From: Mantamonas sphyraenae STR306
Taxonomy: Eukaryota; Protista; CRuMs
DNA: 64,000 nucleotides
Assembly (NCBI GenBank): GCA_026936335.1
Contig: JAPMXV010000051.1
Span: 496,001 to 560,000, forward strand
Reading direction: 5' to 3'
The notes beneath the pieces are model-generated. The model saw only the letters and a program-made list of their open reading frames with translations, did not search any database and was not told the DNA's origin. Shown here one piece after another: positions 1 through 13,431 of the stretch. Position numbers and translations under genes: made by a program. Every line of letters starts with the position of its first letter. Positions within the stretch are counted from its first letter, which is position 1.

Positions 1-244
1 CTGCTTCAGAGAAGACGAATCGTCCACAATGTCTTCCCCTTCGGCCGCACCCTCGGGCACAGCGTGCTGCTCGGCGTCAAGCTCCGGTTCGGGTTCGGGT
101 TCGGACATTCTGGTTGATGCGCCGGCGCTGTGCCGAGTGGCGATGCTGCTTCCCATGTGGAGCCAAGTGGAGGGTTAGACGGGTCGACATGTCCATGCAT
201 GCGCTCCTGAAGCCAAACACAGCGAGAGCGGGACAGAGTGGCCA

Positions 245-3200
245 ATGGCTTCATCAAGCACAGACTTGAGGGAGCTGGATGTGGACGCGCTTGTGTCCCT
301 TGGGGCTGAATCGTCGACGTTGGTGGAATCGGGGATGGTGAGGCTGGATTCGTTGCAGCGGTCGTCGTCGGGACGGCGGAGGCGACGAAGGAAGCGCAGC
401 AGCCCCGCACCGCCACCCGAGGTCAAACTGAACAGCAGCGACGCAGTCAAAGCTGTAGTGGACACCCTGTCAGGCGATGGCATCGACAAGCTGATCGCCC
501 AGACTGCTGGTGCGCTGGAACGGGCGTCGGAGTTTACGGGCCAACACTACGTGAAACGGCGGAGCTCAAACAGGCCTACGTCGGCATCTGTGTCGGGCGG
601 CAACACCAGCAGAGGAGACACACATGAATTGAACTCTGTCGACGAAAACGCAGACACGAAATACGTGGATTTGTCACGGGAGAGGGCGCTAAAGTTGGGA
701 GACGACGTTGGAGACGTTGTGCTCACGGGAGAAGAAATGGCCTCGGTGATGGCCAGTGGACAAAAGGTGTCTCGGGAATACCAACGACGGATGGAAGAGC
801 GTCTGAATGAGATCAAGAAGCTGAGTGCACAGGCCATTCTGGTGCAATCGAGTGCCACGGGGCCGCTGACGGAAGACGGCGAGAGCTCCAGTTTTGCGGC
901 CGACGAAAGCGTGGAAGAGCTGATGCGAGCACAAGGAAAGGCACGGGCAGGGCAGTTGGCACGCCAGGGTGCATTGGAATCGTCTGGAAGCAGCACCAGC
1001 AGTGACGGGGATGGTGGCGACGAGCGAGGAGAGGACGAGCCTGAAGAGGTGCGGATTGCCAACGAACGACGACGACGAGGAGAGCGCGAGCAGCAAGGTG
1101 GGTCAAACGAATGTGTGTGTGCGTGTGTGTGGTGAGCTGACACGGAGTGGGGGACACAGAACGGCAACGGGAACAGCAGCGGTCGTTCGAGGCGCGACTG
1201 CAACAGGAGCGGCAGAAGAAGGTGCAATCGTACTTTTCGGAACAAATCGAAGCACGGAAACGGGAGCTGCAGGCACAGATCGAAGAACGGGAACAACGCA
1301 GGCGTGCGGCGCAACAGGAGCTGAGTGCAGACACGACACGGGACAGGCGGAGGTCACTGACGCATGTGGAGGAACTGGAGATAGCACAGCGTAGCGAAGA
1401 GCTGGGCGTGATTGCCAAACAATTCCAGGAGTACCAAAAGTACCGCAAGGGAGAAGGCGAAGGCGAACAGAACGAGGAAGCAGCATTGACACCCGAACAG
1501 CAAAGGGAACTGCGTCGTCTGCGCCGCGAAGGACGCCAAGCGAGCAGTATGGACGTGCTTCACATCCAGAGAGAGGCCGCGAGGCAGCGGGAGGATGGCG
1601 CACGGCTGCAGGAAGCCTTGCGCGTGGAGCAAACCAAGGATCGGGGCCTGGTGGCGTCTGCAGGCAATCCTCTGGACGTGGAAGACGTGATGAGCACACA
1701 GGGAGACAAGACACAGCATGGAAGCAAAGGAGGCAGCGCAGGCGGGCGAAAATTGTCCAAACGGGAGCAGTTTGCTCAGATGTTGGACTTTGATGTCGAT
1801 GCGTTTCTGGGCTTGGCCAAGGATCAGCTGGATGTGGTGGACGACATGGAGCGTGCTGAGATGGAAGGCATTGCAGCATGGCTGAATCAGTACGCAAAGA
1901 CAAGTGAGGGTGACGAGCAGGTTGGCGCAGCAGAGGGCGGAGGCGATGGAAAAGGCGGGCAAGAGGCTGCCAAGTCTGGCAAAGCAGCACCCAAAATTGG
2001 CGCCCATGTGAGGTCAAGTGTCTTGCGACGACTGCAGCGCATCCGGGAGGCGTCCGAGTCGCAATTGCTTCATCTGCGGCGGGAGGTGTCTGGTGTGGAC
2101 GGCCTGCTCAACGACTTTCGCAAGGAACAGCCACTGGGCACGACTGCTTCAGAAGCAGACATGGGGAAGGAGGAAAGCGAAAGTGAAGAGATCAAGTCGG
2201 CATTTGCGTCGTCACCTCGTCCCACGAGCGGTAAGGGCGACTCACGGCCGTTGAGCAGCGGTGGCAAGAAGAAACGGGTGCAAATTGTGGAGAGTGAGGA
2301 ACAGCGTCAACGACGTGAGAGCAACAGTTCGGCGGGACGGCAGCGAAGCGCTGGAGGAGGAGCCAGGCGGTCGCCAGGGCAGCAGGGGCAGGACGGACGA
2401 CGTGGCAGGGTATCGCCGGCCACTGGGGCAAACGAGGATTCAATCATTGCAGCAGCCGAACGCAGTGTGCAGAAAAGGACCACGGGGAAGATCTTGGGAG
2501 CAAACAGCGACGAGACGCTGGAGAACATGCGCAAATCGGGCATCACCGAGCTGACAAAGACAGAGCGCGGCCTGCTGAAGCGACAGTTGCGGATGGAGAT
2601 CAGGGAAGCTCTGCGTGAACAGGAAGCGCTGGAGACACAACAGGCACTGCTGGAGATGCGAAAGGAGGAGATCTTACGGCGGAAACTGAACAGTCGCGGG
2701 TCACAGGGCGTACACTTTATGGACGACGGGAAGGAGGTGGACGTGCTGGTGGTGCGGCAGGGCGGGGATCACCATCATGCGCGCAAACCCAGGCGGCATG
2801 GACGAGAGGAGGACAGTGGAGAGGGTGCGGGCAGCGAGGACACTGGCGAGCACAGACGACGAGGGAAGCATCGTCGGCACCGGCATGGTGACAAGGAGAC
2901 AAGCAAGAGGAAACACAGGCACAAACACAAACACAAGCACAAGCACAAGCATGGGCACAGGCATCATCGCCGCGAGGACAAGGTGGACAAGGAGAAACGC
3001 GTCAAATCCTCGCGTAGCAAGGATCTGGAGCGTACTGCATCGCAGGGAATGACATTGTCGGAGAGCCAAGAGGCAGACGGGGACACGGAGGACACGTGGG
3101 GAGGGCATGAGGAGGGCGTAGAGTCGCCTGTGTCGCATCTGGAATCGCCACGAGTGGCCATGAGTGGATACATCAACCCAAACTTTCGCATGGGGATGGT

Positions 3201-6003
3201 AGACGATTCACATGACGAGCACGAGGGCGAAGAGGACCTCGAAGATGATATGTCCAACTGGTCGATGAGCAGCGAAGAGCATGTGGATGACAATGGCGAA
3301 CAGGTGGGACTGCCAGACGTTGGTGGGGCCACCACCATGGAAGATGCAGGAGAAGACAGTGACGACAGCTTTGGAGGGATGGATGCAGGGCTGGTGGCTT
3401 CAATGCGGTCTCCAACGCCGCCGTCGGCGTCGGTGGAATCGACAGCAGAGTTGTCGGAAGGGTCGAAGGAAGAGCCGACCAAGCCACAGACGTCGCTGGA
3501 GATGGCCAAATCGATGCTTGAAGAGATGGAGATGGGCGAGGACGGGGAGAGAAAGATGATGGTACGCTCTTCGAGCCGGCTTGTGGAAGGAGGGCCAAAG
3601 TTGCACCGGCGCGGCACAGCGACGTCGGGACCCGAGGTGGAGGAGATCGAGGATGCTGTGCGGTTGGTGGTGCCCCAAATGCGGCTGTCAGGATCGAAGC
3701 GCACGATGACAAACAGCAGCAGTGCGTTGAGTGGACGTGGGCGGCGTGGTGATGCAGGCAAGGAGGAGAACGCACGGGTGGCCCAGTACACGGGCAAACG
3801 TGCTCTGGTGAACAAACAGCAAGCAACTGGAGGCACAGAAGAGAAAAGCAAAAAGACAGGAGCCGGAGAGCAGGTTGGAGGAGCAAAGGAGGCACGTGGA
3901 GCGAATTTGTCGGAGGAAGTGTTGCGGCGGTTGAACAGGTTGGATTCGGAAGGGGCCGAATCTGTGGGACGACTGGTGCCTGGAGGTGGGACGGAATTGA
4001 GCGACGCAGACTCGATGCGTGTGCACATGACCCCCTTGCAACGGGTACGCGAATCGGAAGGGTTGGCACCCATGGGAGGAGGGAGACTGCGCAGTGACTC
4101 TGTGTCATCGCGTGCGCCGAGAGGCAGCATCCTTACTCCGTTCCGAAGGGAGAGCGTGGCTGTGGGTGGAGCGGATGGGGCCGCACACCGAGGTGCGGCA
4201 GCGCTGGCGACGCTGAACAGCAAACAGCGGGAGTTCCGCCTGCAGCGTCGACTGAGCGAAGCACGACCTGCACATTGGCGAGAGCCCGAGAGCAGCCAGG
4301 CGAACGATGACGCAGGGAGTGACAGTGGAAACAGTGAGGACACGCTGTACGAGGAACTTGCACCAGAAGGATTGGAGAACGACGACGCAGGGTGGACGAG
4401 TGGTGATGTGACGACAGACACGAGCGATGGCGAGCCAGCCACGTCGTTGCACAAGGGACGACGAGCACGCAAAATCGATTTGCACGGACGGTACAGCAAG
4501 GCGGTGCGAGGAGTGAGCAAGCTGAAGCGCAAGCGACAGGTATCTGGCTCCGTGATGTTTCCAGAGTTGGTGCCTGTGGTTGCCTTGCGTGGATTGCTTG
4601 GTGCACGTGTGGCAGCGCAGCGACGGCGGGCCGCGCGTGGGGAGTCGTTGGAGGAGGACGACCCGGGGTACTACAATGCGTCCGGGACCAAGATACGTCC
4701 ACCGGTGTTTCGCAAGACAGTGATGACAAAGAGTCCGTTCAAGCAACAGGGACCTGTGCGCCGTGTGACGCGAGAACAGTCGGATCAGGCCATCGAAGAG
4801 TGGCTGCACGAGGGCAAGCGGGAAGCGGCAGCACAAGCCAGGCAGGAGGCACTGAAGAAACATGTACTGAGCAAGATGGGCGAGCTGGGTGCTGAACGGA
4901 AGGGTGTCAGCACGGCCCAATTGGGTCTTCGTGCAAACGTGTCGCCGCCTCCGCTTCGAGGAGGCGTGGCAGAAGCGAAAGGGCACATGAGAGAGGAAAC
5001 GTGGGGAGTCCATTCGGGGGTACAGCGCGCTTTGGATGCAGTGGAGGTGCAGTCGCACACAGTGCAGCTGGAGGAGCGTGGATCCCCAAGTGGCAAGACA
5101 GGCAAGAGGACACGGGTGGTGGTTGACACAAAGAGTGTGCATGTGGTGGAGGACAGTCACTTTGTGCCACGCACACAGGCTGGGCTGAGCGACAAGGATG
5201 GCTTGCATGTGAAACGCGTGCATCCAACCAAGGTGGTGCGAGACCGCAGTGGCACGCGCACGTTTGTGCCGGACATGGAGTTGCCACCAAACAGGCATCT
5301 TGTGTTTTGCCACGGCGAAGGAGTCCATCGCAAACACATGCAGGGGCTGGTGGGACGCAGACTGCGCATGCAGGGCTGGGGACTGTTGTTTAACTGGCGA
5401 TTCGCGTGGACGTCAGACGAGGGCATTCTGGACGCGTTTCCGGACTTACGCGAGGCTGTCGGATCGAGTGTGGAGGGTGCGGTGTACCTGTTGTCAACGT
5501 CGGAGGTGCAGGCGCTGGATCATTTCCACGCGCAGTCGCAGCGGTATCGACAAGAGGAAGTCATTTGGATGACGGACCACAAGAAACAAGGGATGAGCGA
5601 ACACACGGTGCGGGCGTGGGTGTATGTGTCTGACGATCGACTGTGGACGGAGCGCGGCCTGCCCGCCAACAAAGAGATGGTGCGACATCTGCTGGCGGCG
5701 AGCGACCTGCTCTCCCCTGCCTACTTGCACACGGTTGGCCTTCTGGGCAACGTGGATCCTCTGTTGTTACCTGGCGCACCTGCGCCGTTGCAGATCATCA
5801 CGGTTGACGGCGACGTGGAAGAGGTGCCGTTTGGTGGACCCGAGCTCGCTGGCCAAAAACGCAATGTGATGACACAGGGATCGCTGTACACAGACAGGCC
5901 GATGACAACGTCAACAACGAGCAGTGGAAGCAGTGGGAGCAGTGGGAGCAGTGGGAGCAGCACGGAATCGTCGGAATGGGATGATTCCGAACGGGAATGG
6001 TGA
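245..6003 (+). CDS. Large (~1,900 aa) low-complexity/coiled-coil protein with a C-terminal degenerate gamma-glutamylcyclotransferase (GGCT/AIG2)-like domain; 2 exons (intron 1098-1159)
   Basis: ORFs 245-1135 and 1147-6003 join in frame through intron GTGGGT...GCTGAC...ACACAG. C-terminal 'LVFCHGEG...VEGAVYLL...ALDHFH...YRQEEV...RAWVYV...AYL' resembles the GGCT fold. A possible extra upstream exon starts at ATG 29. Confidence 0.7.
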
Positions 6004-6078
6004 ATGACAGCAAGGCCTTCGGGTCAAAGATGGAAATTGGAAAATACAATCATATGTACATTGATTCGTGCAGTATCC

Positions 6079-7215
6079 TCATTGCGAGATGAAAACGTGC
6101 AGCTGCGAATCAACCTCTTGCACAGCACGCTCCTGGACCATGACAGAGAGGAAGCCACCTGCCTTGGCCTGCTCCCAGTCAATCTCGCGCTCTTGCGCCC
6201 GCTGACGCACCTGTGCGCGGTGCAGCGCCTCGCGCATCTTGTTCTTGCTCCGGTTGCTGGACGACGCAGTTGGCGTGCGCATTCCAGGCGTGCTCAGGGG
6301 GGTCAGCATGGGTGTCATGCGCGGTGTCATGGATGGAGTCATGAGCGGGGTAATCATGGAGCGCTGGCCGCCACCCTTGGCCTGGAAAGGAGTCACCAGC
6401 GCCATGGCCGCCTTCTCTTTGGCCCGTTTCGCACTCTGCACCATGCTTTCCAGGTTCTTTTCGTGCTCCCGCTCCATCAGCTTCTCCAGTCGCCGTTGGT
6501 GTTTCTCCAGCTCCTCCGAGTCCATTTCGCCGCGGGCAAGCTTGTCCAGCAGCTCCTGTTGCAACTCGGCCTCCTTGGCTTTCTGTGCCCGCTCTCGTTT
6601 CCGGTACGCCTCCAGCCGTTCCAGCTCCATCTCTCGCTCCACCTCCAACTCCTGCAGCAATTCACGCTCTTCTTCGGCCATACGTGATTCGTTTGCCGAG
6701 ATGGACACTCTGTTTTGAGCACGGTACGTTTCTATCTGTGCCCGTGTCTCTTCCGGATCAATGTTGTACAGCTGCTTCTCGATCAAGTCCTCCATGGTCT
6801 CCAGATAGTCGTTGTACTCACGCAGTGTATCAAAGTCCTCCTGTCGTCGATTGAAAATCTTGACCATGTTTGCTCGAATCAGCGTGTCCCGTTGTACCAG
6901 CGCGTCTTCCATGCGCGCCTCCGTCAGCGTCGACCTGCGCACACGCTGGCCACACTTTGGACACTGCTCCTCGTTCTTGCTCATGAACATGGCGCGTACA
7001 CAGTCGTCGCAGCTGTGTGTTTGTGTGTGTGTGTGCGTCAGTTGGGAGTTGCTGTGTGCGTTGTGTGGCTGCGCCACTTGTCTGGTGCTCGAGACTCACA
7101 AGATGTGGGTGCATTGTGCAATGTGCATGCGGTAGTTGGGCCGTGTTTTAATGTTCAGTGCTTGGTTTAGCCCACACCGATCACAGATGACCGGTTCCAG
7201 CTCTTCGTCGTCCAT
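6079..7215 (-). CDS. MNAT1: CDK-activating kinase assembly factor MAT1 (TFIIH/CAK subunit); intron 7099-7013
   Basis: Spliced RING 'CDRC...CTHIFCDDC...CPKC' followed by MAT1 motif 'IFNRRQEDFDTLREYNDYLE' and C-terminal 'KAGGF'. Confidence 0.92.
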
Positions 7216-7269
7216 CTTCTTCAGCGATGTTTGTTGAGTTGGCTCCGCCGCCTCCTCCCCCCCCTTTCT

Positions 7270-10200
7270 TCACTCTTCATCGTCCTCCAGCACTGTCTTG
7301 CGCTTCTTCTTCTGGTTCACAACCACCTCTTGCTGTGAATCCTGCACCATTTGGTCGTCGTCTTCGTCGTCGCTGTCGCCAAAGAGCTCCGCCGTCAACG
7401 CCTCCTTGTCTGCCAGATCCTGCTCCTCCTGTGCACTGCGCTTCTTACCGCTGAGCTTGCCGTTGCTGCCTGCCTTTGCCTCGTCCTCGTCCTCGTGGTC
7501 GTCTGGCAGCGGAGCGTTCGCGCCTGCGTCTGCGTCTGCGTACTCGTCGTCCCGTCCTCCATCGCCCTTTCCCTTGCGAGCCGCTGCCGCCTTGGCCTGC
7601 ACCCACTTGTCCTGCATCTCCACCAGCTGGTTCTTCAAATCCAGAGCCCTGAGCTCCTCCTCTCGCTCGCGCTCCTGCGCCTCTTTCATCTCGGCCTCTC
7701 TTGCCCGTTCGCGCTCCTCTTTCAGCTTTTGAACACGCTGCAGCGTCAGTTCCTTCTCCAGTTTGGCTCGCATGGCGGCTTGCTCCACCTCTTCAAGCCG
7801 TGTGACTGTTTCGCCGACCTTGGAGCCGCAATCGTCCGCGTGTCGCTCCGCACTCTCCTTGAGGTCCTTGAGCTCCGTGGAATGCTTGCTGCCGCCCGGT
7901 GCGTTGTCCACACCCACGCTCACGCATGCAAACATGGCCTTGGCCTGCTTCAACCCCTTTTCTGCCGTGCGGATGGCCTCCGGTGTGGCCTGTTTGTCGG
8001 CCAACGAGGTGCAGGCAATCTCCTCCAGCACGAGCGCCACGTTGAAGCGGATCTCCAGGTTGGCTGGCTTGAGGTGGAGTGCCTTGTACAGAAAGTGGAG
8101 CGAGCGGTCGAGGTTGCCCAGCTCGTAGTAGGCCTTTGCGATGAACACCAACACGGTGGCGTTGGTGTGGTTAAAGAAACGCCGTGAGCAGTTTTCGTAG
8201 ATGGTGATGGCATTCTCGTAGTTGCCCTGGGCCAGATCCACGTGGGCCATGTTGATCCACAGATGTGGTTCCGCCTGGGTGGACTCGCGCACCTTGCTGA
8301 AGATGTCCTTGGCCTCTTGCAAGTAGCCCTTTTCGGCCATCACGACGCCGATGCCGTTTGCGGCGTACACGTTGTGCGGATTGTACTTGAGCACACGCAC
8401 GTACTGCTCCAGTGCACGCTCCATGTTCTTTTCGTAGTCCTTGGGCTTGTCCGTGTTGGCACGCGCAAAGTCGTAGTACATGTTGCCCATGGCCAGGAAA
8501 CCGTACTGGTCCTTCTTGTCCACGTCGCTGTGGATGGACGTGAAGCGCTCCTGGCTTCCCTTCCAATCGCCCTGGTCCAGACACATGTTACCCAGCAAGG
8601 TCCACGAGTCTGCGTTCTGCAGCCCACGCTCCAGCGGCTTGCGGAACCACTCCTCTGCGCTTGTCTCGTCTCCACGGTCACGTGCAATGCTGCCCAGGCG
8701 CAGATAGCAGTCGATGTACGCTGGCTCCTCCTCCAGAATGGCCTGATACTGTGCCTCCGCCTGGCCAAACTCGTGCAGCAGCTCGTGCAGGCGGCCCAGG
8801 TTGTACTTGATGCTCAGCACGGTTGTCTTGCGCTTGTCTGCGGCCTCTTTTTCGTCACCGTCTGTCTCATCATCACCCTCCTGCTGCTCCTTCAGACTCT
8901 GGCTGAGTGCCTCCAGCAGCATCGAGCGTGCCTGCTCGAGGTCGCCCTGGTTCTGGAATAGGATGGCCAGGTTGTTGAGCAGCTGGGAGGGCAGTGCCAA
9001 GCCGTTGCGGCGCATGATCTTGGCCGCTCGTTTGTAGGCGCGGAAAGACTCGTCGGGCTGGGAGGACTCGAGCAGTTCGCCCAAAAGGATCCACGACTCG
9101 TGCTCGTCTGGCTTGTTGTCAACGACTCGGCGTGCGTAGAGGATGGCCACATCCTGTTTGGTTGGGTCGCTGCTGTACAGTGTGGCCAGGGCCTTGAGGG
9201 TTGTGCTGTTGTCTGCAAAGCCGGTGAGGACGGACTCGAGCAGATCGCGCGCACGGCTGCGGTTGTCTTTGTACAGGTGCATCTGGGCATTGCCAAAGCG
9301 GGCCAGTGGGAACTGAGGCCACTTGCTGGCTGCCTGTTCGTAGTATGTGGAGGCCTCGTCAAACTCGTGGAGGACGTGGTGGGCACGGCCGAGTTGGAAG
9401 AGGGCTTCCGCTTCAATTTTGGCCATGTTGGTTGCGTTGAGAGCATTGACCGCCAGTGCCTCCACGCGCTTCATGTCCTTTTTGTAGAAGAAGTGGTCTG
9501 CCAGACGCAGGAGGACGAGCGGGTTGTTGGGCTGCAATTTGTAGGCGCGCTTGAGCTTGCCCATGGCCGAGCGGACAGCCTGGGGATCGTCCTTGGCGTC
9601 GTTGAGCTCCATGATGGCCAGGGCAACCAAAGAGTCGACGTTGGACGGGTCAAGCTGCTGGACACGTTCGAAGCAGGCGCGGGCCATGGCAGGGTGGCCA
9701 AGGCGGGCGTAGCACAGCCCCAGGCCGTAGCGGACTTCGGGCGGTGCATGCGACTTTGTTTCCAGCACAGTGCGGTAGAGCTTGTAGGCAGTGATGTAGT
9801 CTTCCTTGTAAAAGGCAACGGCGGCCTTTCCGAGCAGGGCTGGAGTGTTGCCCTGCTTCGAGTGCAAGGCGGTGTCAAAGTTGTGCAGCGCCTTGTCCCA
9901 GTCGTCGTCCAACAGTGTGGCCAAACCCTTGTTGACCCAGTTAAAGTGTGGGTTGTAGTCAATGCGATCAGCGTCGCGCAGGTTTTGAAGGGCCTGGCTG
10001 CGATACTGCTGGCGTTCGGCGTCGTCTTTGCTCTCAAAGGCCTTTTGCAGCGCATACGACGCCAGCGAGTTGTACAGGAGCACGGACGTGTACGTGTCTG
10101 ACTGGTTGCCCTGCTGGGCATCTGCAGAGACAGCAACGTGTGCACAGGCATGCGTGGGGCGGGGTGTGCACATCTGTGTGAGCGTGGGGAAGCCATCCCA

Positions 10201-10654
10201 CGGCGCGAACAGGAGGGAAATCGCGCGCTCAGGGCAGAGCCCGTCCGGCGACAGCAGCCCGGGACGGTGAAAGGGCATGGAAAAGGTGGAAACGCACCCA
10301 TTTGGCAAGCCTCATTCATGATCTTGACATAGGCGTCGTGGTCGCCGCGCTTGAGGTACTGGAGCTGTGGCACGAGAGCATGATGGAGTCAGCGGGAGCA
10401 CAGACGGGTCGGAGAGGCCAGGGAGGCGCTCTGGGCCAATGGGGCTCACTTACAGCAAAACGCAACCAGACATCCGGGGTGGCAGCCTCGGAAACAAGGA
10501 GCTCGACAATCTCTGCACAGTCCTGAGGGATGTCGTTGACATGCACCTCGAGGATTTCTCCGTTCTTCATGGGCACGAGGATGGCCTGCATGTCTGTGTC
10601 TGAAGAGAGTGCGTTGGACGCAGAGGAAGACGAGGAGATGGGTTCGACGTCCAT
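7270..10654 (-). CDS. CTR9: RNA polymerase-associated protein CTR9 (Paf1 complex TPR subunit); 3 exons
   Basis: Long TPR array. N-terminus 'ILVPMKNGEILEVHVNDIPQDCAEIVELL' and 'NVYAANGIGVVMAEKG...AKDIFSKVRE...WINMAHV' are typical of CTR9; acidic/basic tail. Intron donors at 10453 (GTAAGT) and 10297 (GTGCGT). Confidence 0.93.
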
Positions 10655-10665
10655 GCTGTGCGCGT

Positions 10666-12289
10666 TTATGTGGTTTTGCGGCGTTTTCTGCTGGGTCGCT
10701 TGGCGCTGCTGCGTCCTTCTCCATCCTCCAATGGCTGGTCATCGCCGTCGTCATCGTCACCTTGAGGATCGGCAGCACTTGCAGCGAGACCATTGGCAGC
10801 AGCATCGCGTGCGGCGAGGGCGTCGTCGCGCATGCGCTTGAGTAGGTTGAGACGTTTGGCGTCGCGAAGAGTGAGGCGCACGCTGGCATCCATGCAGGTG
10901 AGGCGTGCGGAAGTGTCAAACTCGGCGAGAAGAAGCGGGTCGTAGCTAGACTCGGAATCGGGAAGCATCTCCCAGACACGAATGGTGCCATCGGTGGAGG
11001 AGGAGACAATCCAGGGGAGGATTGGGTTGATGTCGTTGACAGAAGAGGAGGAGGAGGAGGAGGAGGAGGAGGATGAGGATGAAGCAAAGTCTTCAGGGGT
11101 CAGCAGATGGTCAAAGTGGACGGCAGAGAGGTTGCGCACTCGAGACTCGTGGGCCTGGACTTCGATAACACACTCCGAGGTGTCTGTGCGAAAGACACGC
11201 AGGAACTTGTCCTCGCTGCCGGTGGCAATGAAGGTTTGGTTGAGGAAGCAAATGGAGAGGACACGGCTGCGACTGGGTTGGAGCTCGACGAGGAGCTGGT
11301 TGTTGAGGCTGTCGTGAAGCGCTACGGAGTTTCTGTACAGCACGGCAAACATGGAGTAGTCGGGCGAGTACTGGATGTCCATGGGTTCGTCGGGAAGAGT
11401 GGTCTTGTACGAGCAGCGGCCCTTCATGAGGTCCCACAGGCGCAGACGCTTGTCCTGGGACACCGTAAGTGCGATTCGGCCGCTTTGGTGGACAGCCAAG
11501 CCGTTGATGGCCGATCTATGGGCAGACACAGGTAGCACAGGGAAGCCCAGAGGGGTGGGTGGATGTATGGGTGAGCAGACGCACAAAGGGGACATTGCCA
11601 CACGCGTGGTCAACTCACTTGGAACGGAGCTCGCCGATGCATTCCCAGTCGGCACAGCGCCAGACGCAGAGGAGGCCATCGGCTGATGCTGACAGCAGAT
11701 GGGAATTGTTGTGAAATTGAAGGCAGGTGATGGAGGCTGTGTGGTGCAGACCCAGTGTGAGCGAATGCAAGAGCTTGGGCGCCTGGCGGAAAGCGGGCCC
11801 AGCTTACATTCGTGCTGTACGAGCTGGCCAACCTCCTGATTCGTCTTGAGGTTATAAACTCTGTGGAGAGAAAGGGCATGGGAGGTCAAACAACAAGCGC
11901 GGAAGCAAAGAGCGGGATGTGAACGAGTCAGCATGTGTGGGGCAGTGTGGGCTTGTGTGTGCGTGGAGAACGGACCGGATCACTTCGTCCGTGGCGCCTG
12001 TTGCCATCATGGAGCCCTTGATGGCAATGGCCTTGACACAGCCGTCGTGTGCCTGGTAGGCAAACTGCGGGCTGAAGGTACGGGGCGTCAAGTCGTCCAT
12101 CTCGCCCGTAGTGTACTTGCGGCGTCGGCACTGGAAGCCGACAATTGACTTGTTGTACGTTCCCGCCACCACGCGGAAGACGACGGACGCCAGGGCATAC
12201 GAACCCGATTCTGTGGGCGTGTTGTCGTCCTTGGAAGGGGTCGTGGACGACGATGAGCTCTTCTTGGCCTTTGTCTTGCCCTTGGCCAT
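10666..12289 (-). CDS. PAK1IP1: WD40 ribosome-biogenesis protein MAK11/PAK1IP1; multi-exon
   Basis: 'FRVVAGTYNKSIVGF', 'AHDGCVKAIA...MATGATDEVIR', 'AHRSAINGLAVHQSGRIALTVSQDKRLRLWDLMKGR', 'TSARLTCM'. Confidence 0.85.
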
Positions 12290-12483
12290 TGGTTGCAGAG
12301 GTTTTCCGGTGGTGGAGAGGGAGCAAGATGGGAGGATGGGTGGATGGGTGGATGGACGTGTCCTGGAGTGATGGAGTGGTGGAGATTCTGTACGCAACGA
12401 CGTTGATGGTGTGCATGATGGTCGGGACGAGACGCTGATTCACACACACAATCTCCCGCGCAGCCGCATTGCAACCAATCCCG

Positions 12484-13393
12484 ATGGAAGCAGTTGCCCA
12501 GGTTCAAAACGTGGTACAAACCATGTCCAACTTCACGCTCATCCACACTCCGTACTGGACGACGACGACGAGCGACGTGGGTCTGCCGTACAACTACTGG
12601 GTTCTCGCAGGCAACTTTGCCTACGTGGTGGCATTCCTGGCGTTGGTGGACTTTTGCATTGGCGTGCGGGTCAACCCCAAGGCGCGCTGGTTTGCCATCC
12701 ATGCGGTGGCCAATGCAGGTAAGCTCGGGGGGCTCGTTGGTGTCAGTGCGAAAGGCTGAGCGATGTTTTCGTCAAGCGAAAATCCCTCTTTTGCGCCGAA
12801 ACGCCGTGTGGTGCGTCTTTGACTGTCTGACGCTCCAAAACCTGCACACAGGTGTTGTATACTATTCGTACAACGACGTCTACCAGTCGTTCCTCAACCC
12901 ATACGATTGTCTGGACAGCAGAGTGTCGGTGTCGTTGATGCCGTTCTACCTCGTGGGCGGCGTCCACCTGTACCACATGCTGGCCTTCCCGGACCTGCGC
13001 CAAGAGGACTATGTGCACCACTTTGTGTTTGCAGGTGTGATCTGTCCGCTGGGTGTGGTGGCGAACTGGGGCCATCTGACAAACGTGGTTGCTTTCTTCC
13101 TGTCAGGACTGCCTGGTGGCATGGACTATGTGCTGCTCAATCTCTACTATGCCGGCTACATCGACAAGATCACAGAGAAGAAGTGGAACAGCAGAATCAA
13201 CGTGTGGATCCGAGCCCCAGGCTGCACGGTCACCACCTACATCTCCTTCATGGCGGTGTGGCACGGCACCCACAACTACCCGCTACCGCTGATCAACATT
13301 CTCGTCGCCATCCTCGTCTTCATCAACGGACAGTACTATATGCAGGAGGTAGTAGGGAATGTCTTCCGCAAGGACGACACACATGCATGCTGA
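12484..13393 (+). CDS. TLC (TRAM/LAG1/CLN8)-like multi-pass membrane protein; intron ~12719-12851
   Basis: Hydrophobic helices; 'RWFAIHAVANA', 'DYVHHFVF', 'FFLSGLPGGMDYVLL', 'NVWIRAPG'. Confidence 0.65.
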
Positions 13394-13431
13394 AGTGCAC
13401 AGAATGAAGCCCGGACGCATCCATCCAATCC

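Noticed and set aside
86-104. (GGTTCG)3 resembling a telomere-like repeat
   Set aside because: Only three units; reads as a Gly-Ser linker in a possible upstream exon.
2964-5337. Long antisense ORFs (522 aa and 410 aa) and similar shadow ORFs elsewhere (e.g. 42425-44200, 22700-24094)
   Set aside because: Antisense shadows of real GC-rich genes with no domain motifs.
7014-7035. (TG)n/(CA)n tracts here and in many other places
   Set aside because: Ordinary intronic microsatellites characteristic of this genome's introns.
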